A stretch of 64,000 bases of DNA from Squalus acanthias (lineage: Eukaryota): positions 120,716,001-120,780,000 of the forward strand of contig CM059432.1 in NCBI GenBank assembly GCA_030390025.1, written 5' to 3'. The position numbers were made by a program, and so were the translations under genes. The notes beneath the pieces were generated by a model, which was not told the DNA's origin, did no database searches, and saw nothing but the letters and a program-made list of their open reading frames with translations. Each line of letters starts with the position of its first letter. The first letter of the stretch is position 1. Positions 36,134 to 50,146 of this stretch are shown here, in pieces.

Positions 36134-39100
36134 GAAAGAGAGGTAGAGAGGCGGAGAGGTTTAAGCAGGGAATTCCAGAGCTTAGGGCCTAGGTAACAGA
36201 AGGCACGGCCACCAATGGTTGAGCGATTATAATCAGGGATGCTCAAGTGGGCAGAATTGCAGGAGCGCAGATATCTCTGGGTTTTGTGGGGCTGGGGGAG
36301 ATTACAGAGATAGGGAGGGGCGAGGCCATGGAGGGATCTGAAAACAAGGATGAGAATTTTAAAATCGAGGCGTTGCTTAACCGGAAGCCAATGTAGGTCA
36401 GCGAGCACAGTGGTGATGGGTGAACAGGACTTGGTGCGAGTTAGGACACGGGCAGCTGAGTTTTGGATGACATCAAGTTTACGTAGGGTGGAATGTGGGA
36501 GGCCAGCCAGGAGTGCATTGGAATAGGCAAGTCTAGAGGTAACAAAGGCATGGATGAGGCTTTCAGCAGCGGATGAGCTGAGGCAAGGGCGGAGACGGGC
36601 AATGTTACGGAGGTGAAAATAGGTGGTCTTAGTTATGCCACGTATATGTGGTCGGAAGCTCATTTCAGGGTCAAGTATGACACCAGGGTTGCGAACAGTG
36701 TGGTTCAGCCTCAGACAGATGTTAGGGAGAGGGATGGAGTCAGTGGCTAGGGAACGGAGTTTGTGGCGGGGATATGCCAAAATTGTTTCGCTGAAGACCC
36801 TCCCAGAGTTGTAGGTTGATGAGGGAGTACTGTAGGTCACCACTCCAATATAATGGCTGGAACTGATGCTCTAATGTACATCACAATCTCACAACATCAT
36901 GACATGCACTGAAACATCTTAATTTCATCCATCTGCAGCAGTCCAAACCGTTAGACCTGTAATATGTGTTCATGTCTGGATACACTGAAGGGGCTTCTAA
37001 ATGCAGAATGCTATGGCACACATGCTGGCACGTATATGGAACGCTTGAGGCTGCCATACATGCCCGTGCCTGTGTAATGGCACACTTAATGACCCTTAAG
37101 AGCGCGGGGAGATTATAGCGAGGTGGGGTTATTTGATATGCCTCACCCTCTCCAGCCAGGTAACTATAACAAGAGGCTGTTGTCATAATGTTCAATGCCT
37201 ATTGACTCTTTTTTTTTAAAAACCTGGAATTTCCACAGGGGTTCTCCACCAGGACATCGGCATTAGAATGGTGTAAATGCTAAAAGCAGTAGTTTACCAT
37301 CATTTTTCCAGGGGTTCTGCTAATCTCCCACCAAAATTACAACAAGAGGTTGGCAGGACTCCGCAAAAATTCAGTGCCATACTTTGGGATTCATGTTGTT
37401 GCTGATGGGTATCATTGTATTTTTGCACAGATTAGCATGATTAGAATTTAGCGTTGGGCAGTGCAGTGTTTTTTTTCACATTTTGCACCCAGCATCAGAA
37501 TTAAAGTAGGGGACAATATGGCTGCACACCGAGTAAAGGTCAGCTCCCTCTGCACAGTCACTGCAATGTCTTTTTGTAATTGCCAATTCTCTCCTCTCCC
37601 CTCCTAAAGACACTAATTTGTTATTGGGTACAGTTCTGTAGACAATTGTTACCCTAATGTACCTGGCTGAAGATTCAGTTATTCACACATGAGTCCTGAC
37701 AGTGAATGTTATCACACTATTCACCCACAGGGCATCAAAGCCCAACTAATTCTGTCCACAGCTGTTGTCCTTGGAGTGTCATTGCTACAGTGTGCTTACT
37801 CCCATCGGAGGGGCCATTTACTGTTCAGCTAACAATATGCTATACATATCGGGCCCAAGCTACCTGAAAAATAACAGCATGTTAATGGCGCACGCCGTTA
37901 TTAATGCACAAATCTGCCAACAAGTTCAGGGCAAGAGGCAATGTGCTGTGAGTTGCGAATCTCCAGAACTTGCTGGCCAATTTACTCTGATCCACCATTT
38001 TCCTCACACAAACGGCATATTTCCCTTAGCCTCCCCATTATTTCTAAAAACTTGGTGGATTTGCCGCATTCATTGCCCATTAAGCTCACCACAGAAAGTT
38101 AGGACTTACAATTAACAACTTAACTAATTTTTTAATGATGTGATAATGGTTATCAACCTCTCTGGCACAGAAAGGAAACAATTTAAACTGTTCAATCTCA
38201 TTCCTACATGTAGTAAAGTCTTCTTAGAGATTTTCAAATTTTCAAATTTTAAATTTTTAAATATTTTTCTTACTTTTCCTTCCTGTTGCTTTCTCTCTCT
38301 CTTAATCCAATCTTTCTTTCCCTCTCTTTATTTCTCTTTCTGTATCTGATTTGACTCTAATTTACCTTCCTTCTCTGTCATTCCCCTGTTTCTTTCTCAA
38401 TCCTTAAATCTAATGGGTTAAAGAGATAGTCTGTTAGTCCCATCATTCACTAAGGTCCCAGACACCCTGTTGCCCTCGCCACGCCATTATTCAGCTCTCA
38501 CTTCCAGCAAGTTGTGGTGCAAACTTTTTTCAAGCTGTAGGGTGCAGGAAAATGTTTAACTAATGGCTTATGCTGCGAGATGCTTCAGCAAGATTTGGTC
38601 CCAAATATTTCTGGATAAAACTGCCAATTTGGTATTGAATTAGACTTACTTTGTGTTGTGGGCCAATGCTCATTCAAAACTACAGGGCTAATTTTACACG
38701 TTTGCTCTCCCATTCCAGGGCAAATTATTGGCAGTTAACGTGCAGAGGCCAGTGACCCACAATTTTCTGTCCATTCATTTCGATAAAGGAAAATTATTCA
38801 GCCATGAATTGAGCACACTGTCCTCCATTCCTTATTTCCCAATACACTCTTCCAACGTACTCTATACCAGGATCATGAGTTCATGCAAATTACCCCTGGA
38901 GATTGAAGCACGCAAACTGATATCACACAGTAACCTTACAGCCAGTAAACATCTCAGGTCACATTTTCCTCTCACTGTGCTTAGTTGAATGATCACCTGG
39001 GTACAGGGCAATCAGGAACATCAGGTGTGGAGGTTCACTTGGCCGTAATGGAGCTTGCTCGATATTCCATCTATTAATTTAGACAGAAAATCAGATGGGC

Positions 39101-40359
39101 TCCATGACAACCGTGTGATCCTCCCCAGCTAAGTTTCCTCTAGCCATCATAACCATGTGATCCTTTTACGTCAAGTGCAATCAAAGGAAAAAGTTGCTCC
39201 CTTGTCAGTGTCAGTTGAAGTTGAACCCAAAGGAAACTTTGCTCATTCATCAATCCTTCATCTTCCTACCATCACACAAAGATTACACACATATATGGCC
39301 CCAATTTTAACTCCAGGTGGCTTCCCCGCTCAGGCCTGAGTTAAAATTGCAGTCAGATCTCAATGATGTCATTGGGCCGCAGCATGCATGTGTAAAGAAG
39401 GATCCTGTTGGCTCTGGGCATGTGTGTCCTTGCTGCCTGCTCAGGAGAGTGGGTTAAAATTGCAGATGTTGTGATCTTGGTGGCTTTCAGACAGGTAAGA
39501 GTCAGGGCGATTTTAACTGCCCACCCGCCAGGTTTCTGCTGCGCGAATAGGGTTAAAATCGCATATAATCTATGTTTTACACAAGAAAATTATCTGTAAT
39601 ATCTGCGCATTTCCCAGGAGCAGGAGTGGTTTTACTACAAAGAAGATTAAAGTATTTAAGAGGAACATTTTGTTTCCATTACCCTTAATGTTTTTCTATT
39701 CCCTAAGGGTTTGGCAGGTACAATAGATGAAATGGATCAGATGTTGGATAATCTTGATTTTTTTTGTGTAAATCCAATAAACTGCAAACAGTAATTTGGC
39801 ATCAATGTTATACTAAGAAAGGTTTAAATGTCTATCAATCAATTATCCCCACTCGCTGAATAAACTTACTCACATTCGCCAGTCCCATAATTTCCCATGG
39901 GTCACTTTTTGTCATACAGATGACAGGGAATGAATACCCTTGCCTTTCACTTGTATCCTTTACGCGTCAGTTAATCCATAAGCACTTATGATTGCCAAGG
40001 TAGGAGGCCGGGGATTGGATTCTCTTGCCATTGGTGGGCTATTGCCGAGGCAGGACTTCCGCTCACCACATGATACTGCTGGTAACCTCCTGAGGTGGTC
40101 CTTGGTAGTTACTGCAGGTTGGGTATATAGTAGTAAACTAACTGCTTTACTAATGCTGAGGAAGAGGGAAATTCAGTTTAACATGCTATAGCCGATGAAA
40201 GGGGCACTATCTTTTTGGTAGGGAAGCAGGAGACCAGTGTAGGAAGGAGATGCCTTGGTGGGGGAGGCTGGTTACGAGCAAGAAGGGCTCCCACATTTAA
40301 TGATCTATTGGTTGATGTCCTACTTGCAGAAATAAAGTTCTAATGAAAAGGACTCCTAA

Positions 40360-40505
40360 AGACGGAGGGCAGGATGCTCCATATGAGCATGGCGCAGACT
40401 TTACAGAGGGAAATGGCAGAGGCAGTGCAACCTCCACAACACCCAAGATCTGTCACAAAGAGCAGGAAGAGGTTTAATGACCTCACAAGGTTCGCTAAGG
40501 TCAGT
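40360..40505 (+). pseudogene. Remnant of a Harbinger Myb/SANT exon 1
   Basis: SRKRFNDLTRFAK|GTCAGT has the same motif and donor position as the 5557 gene. Confidence 0.55.
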
Positions 40506-40734
40506 GAAAGCACATCCTGTTGAAATGATACAGGCATGACTCACTTCCTTACCTCTCAGGTCCTTTGCTATCATTATTTTGGTGAAAGGATCACTGATCT
40601 ATTCGCAGGGATTCTCTGGAAAAAATAATCCACCATGTTATATCCAAACCACTGTGAGAACTCACATTATCTGTGACAATGAGTTTTGCTAGTCTTGAAG
40701 GAGAGGTGTTTAAGTCTGATAGCAATATCATGCA

Positions 40735-40855
40735 AGAAAGAAAGAAAGACTTGCATTGATATAGCGCCGTTCATGACCTCAGGATGTCCCAAAGTGCTTT
40801 ACAGAAAATGAAGTACTTTTGAAGTGTAGTCACCGTTTGTAATGTAGGAAACGCG
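40735..40855 (-). mobile_element. SINE 3' fragment, family of 18520-18935
   Basis: (AAAG)n followed by ACTTGCATTGATATAGCGCC..TCATGACCTCAGGATGTCCCAAAGTGCTTTACA. Confidence 0.75.
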
Positions 40856-43800
40856 TGCATATGGACATATGGGTGATACAAAATGTTGTTGCCAGTCACA
40901 TTCCTTAAACTCTGTGCTCTCTCATTGCAAAGTTAAAGGTCGTGCAAATCTTAGCCTGTGCTCTGAACCAGTGGCCTGGAAGGCATGATAACAGATGTTA
41001 CTGTCTTATAATAGTGACAGTATGCCTACTTCTTCAAGGCCCCTTCTAATACCAGCACTTGAGAGAACTTCAGAGCTAGGCCTGGCACTCCTTGACAATG
41101 CAATAGAATGGCAACCAGAAGCAGTTACCTCACGTACAGCAGCTTCACTGAGATGAGAGTAAACTCAGTCCTCAAAGACGCTAGAGGAATCTTCTCAGCT
41201 ATTAACCTCTCAACCTTGCCTTACTCAGGAAGATTCTCTTAGAAGTCTTAGATTATGAGCTACAGCAAGTACAAAGGGTAAACACGGTGATAAGAAATAG
41301 TTGCAGTTAAAGTGTATGACATTAATGGAAACTTTTGTTGAATTTTGTTCTGAAAAGTAAAAATTGTTTGACTCCTGCCAGACATCTTGTGGGGCATTGT
41401 CCTTGGAGTTCCAAACAGGCAACCCTCTTTTCACTCACCTCACGTAACATTGTGTCCATTCACTCGCCATCAAATAGGGGATTGGGTGCTGTGCTGTTCC
41501 ACCATCTACCCATGGACTGGTTTATGTCTCTACACTGTGTTTGCCTTCCCTTGCTTTTTGGCTGGCATTTCTTTCCTTTCATACAGTCTTTGGAAAGGCT
41601 TATAAATATTAGAAATATTTAAAAATTATTTTCAGCTTTTAGAGAGGATCAAACAATGATTTACCCCATATGTGACCTTTAAGTGGCTACAACTCTAAAT
41701 CTTCCCAAAGGCCTGTTAAGAAATATTAGTTCTCTGTATATCCTGCCCACAAATCAAGTACATTGCCTATGCTTGGGTCAGGCTTCGTATTGACATTATT
41801 TAAATGAGCTGACCTCCCAAAACCTGTGAGGTCAGGTTGTCTACCGCATGATGTCAACTCAGTCCCAGTAGAATATCTAACGTTCTTTAACTACTTTCAA
41901 TATTTCTTTCTTGCTTACTATCTGTTAGAAAGACCCGAAATGTACACATGGTGCATAGTTGGTGTCATAAAATTATGTTCTATTATCTTCTTTTACAATG
42001 GAATATTTTACATTTCTTAACTCTTACACTACCAGTGGGTTCAGCAAAACACTCACCTTCATGAATTGACTGGTTTTGTGTGTAGCTCATACAGGAATAC
42101 CTTTCTCATTGTATTATTAATCCCAAATTATCAATCATCAAAAGCACAACCTTACACGAAAGTAAAACAAATTAAGTACTTAACCTTTGCTCATTTAACT
42201 AGCCCATTTCCCCCAACTATTGCCTGTCCTATTTTTTGGTTTAACTTTAATTTTGCTCTTTTCTACCTACTCTACCACTGTACTACCTATTCTGACCCAT
42301 GCTTGTTATTTAGTTGAAGTTTGAAATGTTGGATTTATGTTTGTACTTCTATCGCTCTGATCCAGGTGGTGAAGGTGGGGTAATATTTATTAAGAATGTT
42401 TGTTTTATTGGCTAGCTGTTTGACTTGCTTATGTCACTGGTATTGATTCAATCATATCCATAGTCCATTTTTCAGCAGTTACAAAATTAACTTCCAAAAG
42501 AGGTGCTAGTACCATTGAGAATTACAAGTGTAGCTTTCATATAATTTCTTTACTAACCTGCTGTGTTTATATTTGAAGTTTAATAAACTGATTTCCCTCA
42601 CAAGACCATGCTAAGCTCTGTCTAGAGCGTGCTCCATCTGTACAAACAACAAAGAGGTCTGGTGCTCTTTTAGAAGGTTGGATTGTGAGGGCAGGTTCCT
42701 GTGACACTGCTGGAGTTCTGCCTAGCAGTAACTAGGTAGGAAAATTATTGATAGTACCAATATCGTTACATTGTAACCAGCTCCATGGCGCTTCATGCTC
42801 TCCGAAACAAGTTGATGCCATCCACACACTTAAACACTCTGCAATTTCTGCATCGGGTTCATTAACCAGTAATATAACCAGCAGAAAGACTGATCCATGA
42901 ACACTCAGTTGGTCAGTACTGCCTGATTCAAATAGTTACCGTTGATAAATGCAGTTTCTTGTTATCTATAAAATGTATTATTTAGTTTATAATGCTCCAA
43001 AGGTCTATTTTGAATATCGATTCCCAAGGTTCACATGTCACTTTTGCTTGCGGCACGCTCTCACAGACTATGTTGCTGCTGCCTGGAGTTCTGTGCCTTG
43101 CTTGCAAAGTTCAAACAGAGTTGACCATCACCTGGCTGAACCACAGTTGCTGAAGCAAACCTCACGGTCATGGGAAGATTCTGGGCTTTTCCCTTGACAA
43201 CCAGCACAAATTTTCTGGGCATTTTTGCTGTTAGCAACTAGCCATCGATTGTGTGAGACCTGTGTCTTAATAGTTTCCTCTGCCTGTGCCCTATCATATC
43301 AGACTGTCAAACCAACCATGAAAAGAAAATCTCATCTTCTACAATTTTCTTACACTTAGGTGGTGGTTCATCTTTAAAAGTTTCATTGAGGGAGGCCTTA
43401 GATTTGGGAATTTGAGGTTATCCAGGATCACATCCAGATGATACGCACTCCTTTGTCACACATCCAAAATATTTTAACCCTACAATGAGTGACAGCGTTT
43501 CTTACAACATGTTTAAGATTTTGAGTTAATTTAGATTTGCTCAAACCAATTGCCATCTGGCAGCTTCAATTAAGAGTGAGTAGGTATTCCATCAAGTAAA
43601 TCAGTTTCCCAACAACATCATACACAGTGGCCCCGAAATTCCCAGGGCTAGAGGGGATATAAGTTCGATTTATTCCCTGGATGGCTTGGAATATGGATCA
43701 GAACCTGGATCCACTAACATTCTGCCCCGTTTAGACCTAGTCTTGGGCACGGGGTTGGTGGGCAGGGTGGGGGTGAGGGGGGGGTGTGGGTGGTGGAGTG

Positions 43801-44865
43801 CTGTGGGCTCTCCCCATCCGTTCTCCATAGTCACTCTCCCTCACTGATTCCATAGAGTCATTCCTTCTACTCTTGCTCTGCAGTCACACTTTCATCCCAC
43901 TTCTTCTGTGTTGTCTCGTTCTCCCTGTTTGCATCAACAGTAATACGGGCCTTGCCTGCAGTTCCTAGATTTTCTTCACTCAAAGTCTAAATAGGAAACA
44001 TTAGAGCAAAAACAGATGTAGCTTATGACCTGATTTTCAAAGAGCTAGACGGGACTAGGAACTTTTATCCCAACCACAGGCCTGTCACCCTGGCTTTGTT
44101 TCTGCCCTAGCCAGTCAATGTGCCCGAAGATATTGGATAGTTTCCAAAAGTGGCTCCAATCCAGGAGTATTGATTAAAGTAAAGTACCTCAAGCCCCAAG
44201 GCAGTGACTTGTTTAAAACAAATGGGTTAACACCTCTGCTGAAATTGCAGAGGCAGGAATTTCAAATGAGCACCTTAGGCATTCATATCTCACAGTGTAA
44301 TTTCAAGGCCTAACATTAACAAAATGATTTTAAAGGAAATTGCGATGATTTTTCAAAAGTTAACACCGAAGGACTAAGTAAAAATATTATTAGGTCTACC
44401 ACTTTCCTGAGCTCATTCCTCTGCAGCTTGGCAACATTTCCCTCAGAATGTGTAGCACGGAGAGAGACGTGATTGGCTCACTATTCCATGTATCACTCTA
44501 CTTGATGTGGGCACGGGATGATAGGAGGTGGGATTGATTGAGTTGAGGATCAATGTTCTAACCCTGTAAATGATAAAACAATAATAAAGCGCTACCTTCA
44601 GGAGGGTATATTAAAGTTTAAGTAAAGCATTAGCTTAAAAACTAGTTTCAATGTGACTAATGAAAAATACAATCTTGGTATTGATTTTGGTGGTTCTTAG
44701 TCGTTTCTAATGGTGTTAGAATAAGGTGTAAACCCATGGAAAACTGTATTGCAGTAACAATTGCAGAAAGAAGTCATTTTTATAATGCCACATTGATGCC
44801 TGTGCTGGTGAGTTGGCCCAAGGCCAATAGAAAGTAGAAATAGAGTCGGGAGAGGGAAACTGTTA

Positions 44866-45244
44866 GGGCTGGATTTTGAATGACCCGTGGAGTCGGGTTT
44901 GGAGGTGTGTGGGGGGTTAAATTTGTGGGGTCGGGGGTCCCGACCCCATCCCGACTCCACGCAATTTTGACAAAATCAGTCGCGGGGTTCCCGACTCCGT
45001 CCCGCCTCCAAGAGGCGGGAGAGGCCATTAAAGCCCTTAACAAGCCCTAAATTGGCTCTGTAATGCCATTTTGAAACGTTTTAGCTAGTTTAACCCTTTT
45101 TTTGATGTGAAGTACGCCTGATGTGAAACACTCCAGTGAAACCTGGCGGGAGCACAAGTGGATAGCTGACTATCAGCTGCAGGTCCACTATTACAACGGA
45201 GATGTGATGAAGGTAGTATTAGGTCTGAAAGTCGCCTCTGATGC

Positions 45245-45283
<39 letters not shown>

Positions 45284-45561
45284 TTTGCATCGAGATCCAC
45301 TCACAGCAAAAGCCAGGCAGATCCTCTCTCACCAACAGCCAGGCAGTCTCTGAGACCAGACAGTCAGCAATGATTACATCATCAGAGGCGACTTTCAGAT
45401 TGAAACCACTAATTAGTTCATGGGTTCCCACATGCTGGAACTCAATTGCCCAATTAAGTGAAAATTGCATCATTCATCCTCATTAATCTGGAGTCGGGGG
45501 GGGGGGAACATGAAATGCGCATGACACGACCCCAACACGACCCCAAGACAAAATCCAGCCC
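44866..45561. mobile_element. Harbinger-type MITE
   Basis: Perfect 13-bp TIR GGGCTGGATTTTG / CAAAATCCAGCCC. No clean TSD. Internal (CT)n at ~45249-45281. Confidence 0.7.
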
Positions 45562-48031
45562 AAGAGTCTGGCTTGAAATAATGTTCTGAATTTGACTTCC
45601 CAGTTTGGATTAAAAATGTAACATATTTTGATGCAACACGCTCCTAAAAATGCATTGTTTCATGTGGTTCAAGGCATGTCATATAAACATGTTAAGCATT
45701 TGTCAGCTGACACGGCCAATAACAGGCCCTAAGGAGCCACAATTCCATGGTCCCAGCTCCAGATGTGCAGTGGAGCGAGATCTCTGGATGTCAAATCATG
45801 GGGACGGGGTCATTTCCATAGTTGGAGAAGGGCACCCGTACCTGTAGAGGCACAGGAGAGTGCTTGCCCCAATGACCATGCAATAGTTGGAGCAGCAGGG
45901 TGCTATTCCAACAGGGGACACTGAGGCCCGGGTATGGTCAAAGAAGCAATGGTCCATCATTTCTTCAAATGCTCCTAAAGGAACAAAGGGCCATCACTTG
46001 AAAGGTAACCGATCCCCTTTGGGATGAGTTACCTTTCTTCCTGGCAATCTTAGGGCTTTCTTAAGGCCTAGTATGGGACCTCCTATCAGGAGGCATATGT
46101 ACTACTGGGCTTAGCGGGTGGTGTACCAGGCAGAATTTCCCAGGCAGCTAGAGAATGCCCAGAGGCACATGCCCAAAGTCTCTGCCAGACATTAGCGGAA
46201 TGAATAGAAGACTCATTTGGCCCGGAATTAGAATGAAGTGGAAATGGTCATCTGGGTGCCAGCCTTTCCAGAACCAGTAAGCTCCAGCGGGGCAGCTGTT
46301 TGGTAACTGCAACTCACTGCCGGCAGTTAAATGAAGCCTGAACACAAAAATAGTTTGGGCCTCCCTACGCCTGTTTTGGGCAGACGGTGTGGCTGCTCTG
46401 TCAACTTCGCGCCGATTTCAGGCGATTGTCAGAGATCACCTCCCACTATCTGTTGTCATGCAAACCCCCAAAAACTGACAACGTAGTCCCTGTATAAGGC
46501 TCATCCTCAGCTCAGGTTTCCTGAAAACAATACTCAGTAAAAGGTATAAAATCTGGAACTCATTTGATTCTTGAAGCTCAAGTAAGACCATACTTTGCTG
46601 CACTCTTTTTTTGTTCCTAATTTTTTGTCTTCTCTTGCTGGGAGATAATACTCTGCATCTAGCATCTTCTGACAACAGCAGGAAGTACATGGACACGGAT
46701 GACTCCACAGGGTAGACGACCACCGCCACTCGCTGCTCCAGAAGGTGGGAGGTATGCACAGGAGATGAGCGCCTTGTGAGCCAGATGTGGTTACTCAGAT
46801 TAGTCCAGCATGCACAGCCTTGTGACCCATGGCAGGCACTCTTACTTACCTCCCACTGACGAAGGAAACAGGCATGCACCGAGTTACATGAGTGTCAGGA
46901 CTTGGCCACACGGAGTGCTGCGTTGTTTTTGATTGGTTTGGTTGTATAAAACCCCAGTAACTAAGAGCTTTGCAACGTTTGGAAGAAAGCTTGACTGAGT
47001 AACAGACATGTGTGCAGTAAGAGACTCACTACCTTCATTGCAACCTCCCTGAGGGAAGGAACAAAAATAGTTACTGAGATATAGAAAGGCTGGCAAAGAG
47101 AGATGAAGAGAGAGACTATCTCCTATAAATAACATCAATAATTCAAAGCTAAATTATATTGTTGCTGTTTTACATTGTTGTACATTGCTGTCAGGGCTGT
47201 GTCTGAGAGGAATTGAGTTAGTGAATCATAAAAATTGAAAATTTTTTTTTGCTCTATATTTTTATCTATAAAGGGCAGTTTAAAGTCCCCATTGGGAGTA
47301 TGGATATTTCTGTTTATAGCACTAAGCTATACAGCCTAGAAAGTCCATGGTACGTGCTGAGTTGGTTGATCTGAGTGAGGTAGTAATCGGGAAGGTACAA
47401 TTGGCCTCCAAAGCTTTCAGCGAGGGAGTGGAAAAATCAACCAGCGGCTCCCGTCTTTGATCGCTATCCAGTGATTCCTGTTAGAAAGCACCTGTGTGTA
47501 GGTACCAGCCTAAGTCCTGATGAGACTCCATTCTGAAACCTCCCACAATTAAATGCTGCTTATACTCTGACATGAAGAATGGCTACTTTGGGTTCAATGC
47601 ACAGGGCTGCGAAGTGCTCATTGAACTGCACCCAGTAATCGTTACCAACTTTAAGAAAAAAAGGGAAGAACGCTGGCAATAAATAAAAAAATATTGAAAC
47701 ATTTTTTATTGTGTGTGGGATGCTGATGTAAGGCAGTTAAGGTCACCAGTTGTTTTACATTTTCCCTAGAGTATTGTAACAGCAAAGTTACTGCTACATA
47801 GAGATCCACCTACACTGTCAGTTATCAAAGGCTTCACCTTGCTTGGAGCGGTGTTGCGAGGCCTAAGTACACCAACTTCCAGGGATGCCAATCCAGTATA
47901 TCATCTCTGTAGGTGCTTGTCCCAATTGAGCCCTAGAATTGCAATTGTGGGGTTGGGGGGTGGCGGGGGGGTTGGTGTGAAGATGGATGATTCCCCCTCT
48001 TCCCCACTGGAATTCCCTGGTCTCTTCGGCA

Positions 48032-49577
48032 TGTAAGGGGTGACCTGCGGCTCTGTGCTTAGCCTGGGTGCTAGTGCGAGGTTAGGCCTTGTTGCCTGTT
48101 CTGGTCTCTAGCCAGCCTGGTAACACTAGACACCTGTGAGTGGTTCGACCCACTCGCCCTTACTGTTCTGACACTGGACTTAGGTGCGAGAGCAATAATG
48201 CAGAGAAAAACTCAGGTAGACCCGGTTGAATAGTGCGAAATGGAAAATCTTTATTGCATATTATTCAAGATTACGAGATACATGTCATAAGCACAGATTA
48301 ATGACAGTACAATCTTACACACAGTTATGTAACTAATTTTAGGGAAACGAGGAGCGCATGACACATCGTAAAAAGGGACACACATTATACTTATCCTTAA
48401 AACTTAAACCCTCCCCTATCAATACCTGTCCTAATTTAGATTTGTAGGATCGAGACTCATGCTCACCACTCGTGATAACTCGGAGAATTCCGAAACTCTG
48501 CTCGGATGTTTTTACCGCAGCACCTGACTATCCACGTGTTGATCAGGGGTCTCTGTACCCCACTTGTTTACTCGTCTCTGCTCCAGCTAGCAGGCTGGAC
48601 CGTCTGCTGTCATGAAGATCTGTGTTGTCCTCGGAGTTCCGATACTACTCGAAAAAGAGTCTTCCTGTGCCCTCACCAGTTTGTAAAACTCAAAGAAAAG
48701 TCTTCCTGGGCAAGGAAGTGTTTATTCGACTTACAGGCGCGGTCGGGGCTTACTGACCGTGGCGATACGTATTGTCGTCTTCTTCTCTTCTCATCTCATC
48801 TCATCTCATCTCCTCTCGGGGCTTCGGTTCCAACACCGTTTACCGACTTCTCGGGATGGTGTGCCCGTTTCAAGGCCTCACAGCCCAGTTCTACACAGAT
48901 CTTCGCGGCAAGCCACGAGGTTGATCCTAGCGGATCAGAGTCCAGAGCCGTCAGGCAAGAGAATAAAAGTTCAACAGTCTTCCAGCGAGTCAAAGCAGCA
49001 AGTGCAAAAAGAAACAGAGACAGCAGTCAGCAGCAAGAGTAGCAAGAGGCAAGAGCAAGAGACAGATGGACGGTTGTACCTTACAGTTATAGTGCTGTAA
49101 TTCCTCTTTTCCTGCCCAATCTTAATGTCTATCTTTTGTCAGGGTTTTGGCGCTCAAACTTCTTGTATAGGGTGATCTCCGTTTTTAATGGGTTTCGGTG
49201 ATACTTGTAACTGTCTGAGTACCCGTTAATACTTCTCCCATTGTGGAACCGGCTAGTAGTCTCCCTGGAGGGGTTTTGGGGCTTCCAAATGCTTTCTGTA
49301 ACTACCCGCAAACGGCTCTCTCATCGTAGAGTCGTGGGGATTTTGCATATTAATGTCTTTGGATGGGTCCTCGATCGCTCGGTACAATAGCCCTTATTCG
49401 CACCTGGGAGACCGATTCCAGTATTTATGTATAAAATGCAAACCCATCATGTCTTGTCAATTATCTCAAATGTGCTGAGTCCTGTACGATCTTGCACAAA
49501 TGTTTATTGGAACGCCATCTTGTCTGCCCATTGAAAGTCTAGAACGTTCTGCCACGAGGCGTGGCGGCCATTTTACA
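48032..49577 (-). mobile_element. Putative long solo LTR (Gypsy or ERV type)
   Basis: TGTAA...TTACA termini with flanks GGCA and GGCT (4 bp, 1 mismatch). CpG-richer than the background. AATAAA on the minus strand at ~48250. An alternative right end (TTTTACA) lies at 49740. Confidence 0.55.
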
Positions 49578-49746
49578 GGCTGTTTGTGTCCGCTTTGAAA
49601 CCTGACAGCATTCTGCTGAAATAAAGCTGTTTGTACGAAACTTTATGTCTCCTTCTTATTTTATAAAATCGCGATAATTTTGCGAATTCTACAGGCATGG
49701 GCCAGAATTCTTGTGGAACTGCGTCCTGCCCCATTTTACAGCCCTC

Positions 49747-50146
49747 AACAACAACAACAACTTGCATTTATATAGTGCCTTTAATGTAGTAAAACGTCCC
49801 GAGGCACTTCACAGGAGCGTTATCAAACAAAGTTTGACACCGAGCCACATAAGGAGATATTAGGGCAGGTGACCAAAAGCATGGCCAAAGAGGTAGGTTT
49901 TAAGGAGCGTCTTAAAGGAGGAAAGAGAGGTAGCGAGGCAGAGAGGTTTAGGCAGGGAATTCCAGAAATTAGGGCCTTGGCAGCTGAAGGCACGGCCACC
50001 AATGGTGGAGCGATTAAATCAGGGATGCTCAAGAGGCCAGAATTAGAGGAGCGCAGATATCTCGGAGGGTTGTGGGGCTGGAGGAGATTACAGAGATAGG
50101 GAGGGGCGAGGCCATGGAGGGATTTGAAAGCAAGGATGCGAATTTA
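49747..50146 (-). mobile_element. L2 LINE 3' fragment
   Basis: (CAA)n CTTGCATTTATATAG tail; homologous to the L2 copies at 19092 and 28060. Confidence 0.92.

Larger units (their letters stand above)
34446..36770 (-). mobile_element. L2 LINE 3' fragment split by a CR1 derivative
   Basis: (CAA)n tail at 34446 and L2 ORF remnant FHLRNIARLRP...LHWLPVKQRLDFKIL at 36134-36770. The two halves join at GAAAG. Confidence 0.92.

Noticed and set aside
46436..46879. 147-aa ORF and a nearby minus-strand GTAAGT donor as a host exon
   Set aside because: No recognisable domain, and no consistent acceptor and frame.
47310..47680. Ancient LF-SINE-like element
   Set aside because: Probably an old SINE, but too diverged to assign a family or boundaries by eye.
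48506..49100. 178-aa and 113-aa ORFs as gag or accessory genes
   Set aside because: No retroviral motifs. They lie in putative LTR sequence containing simple repeats.
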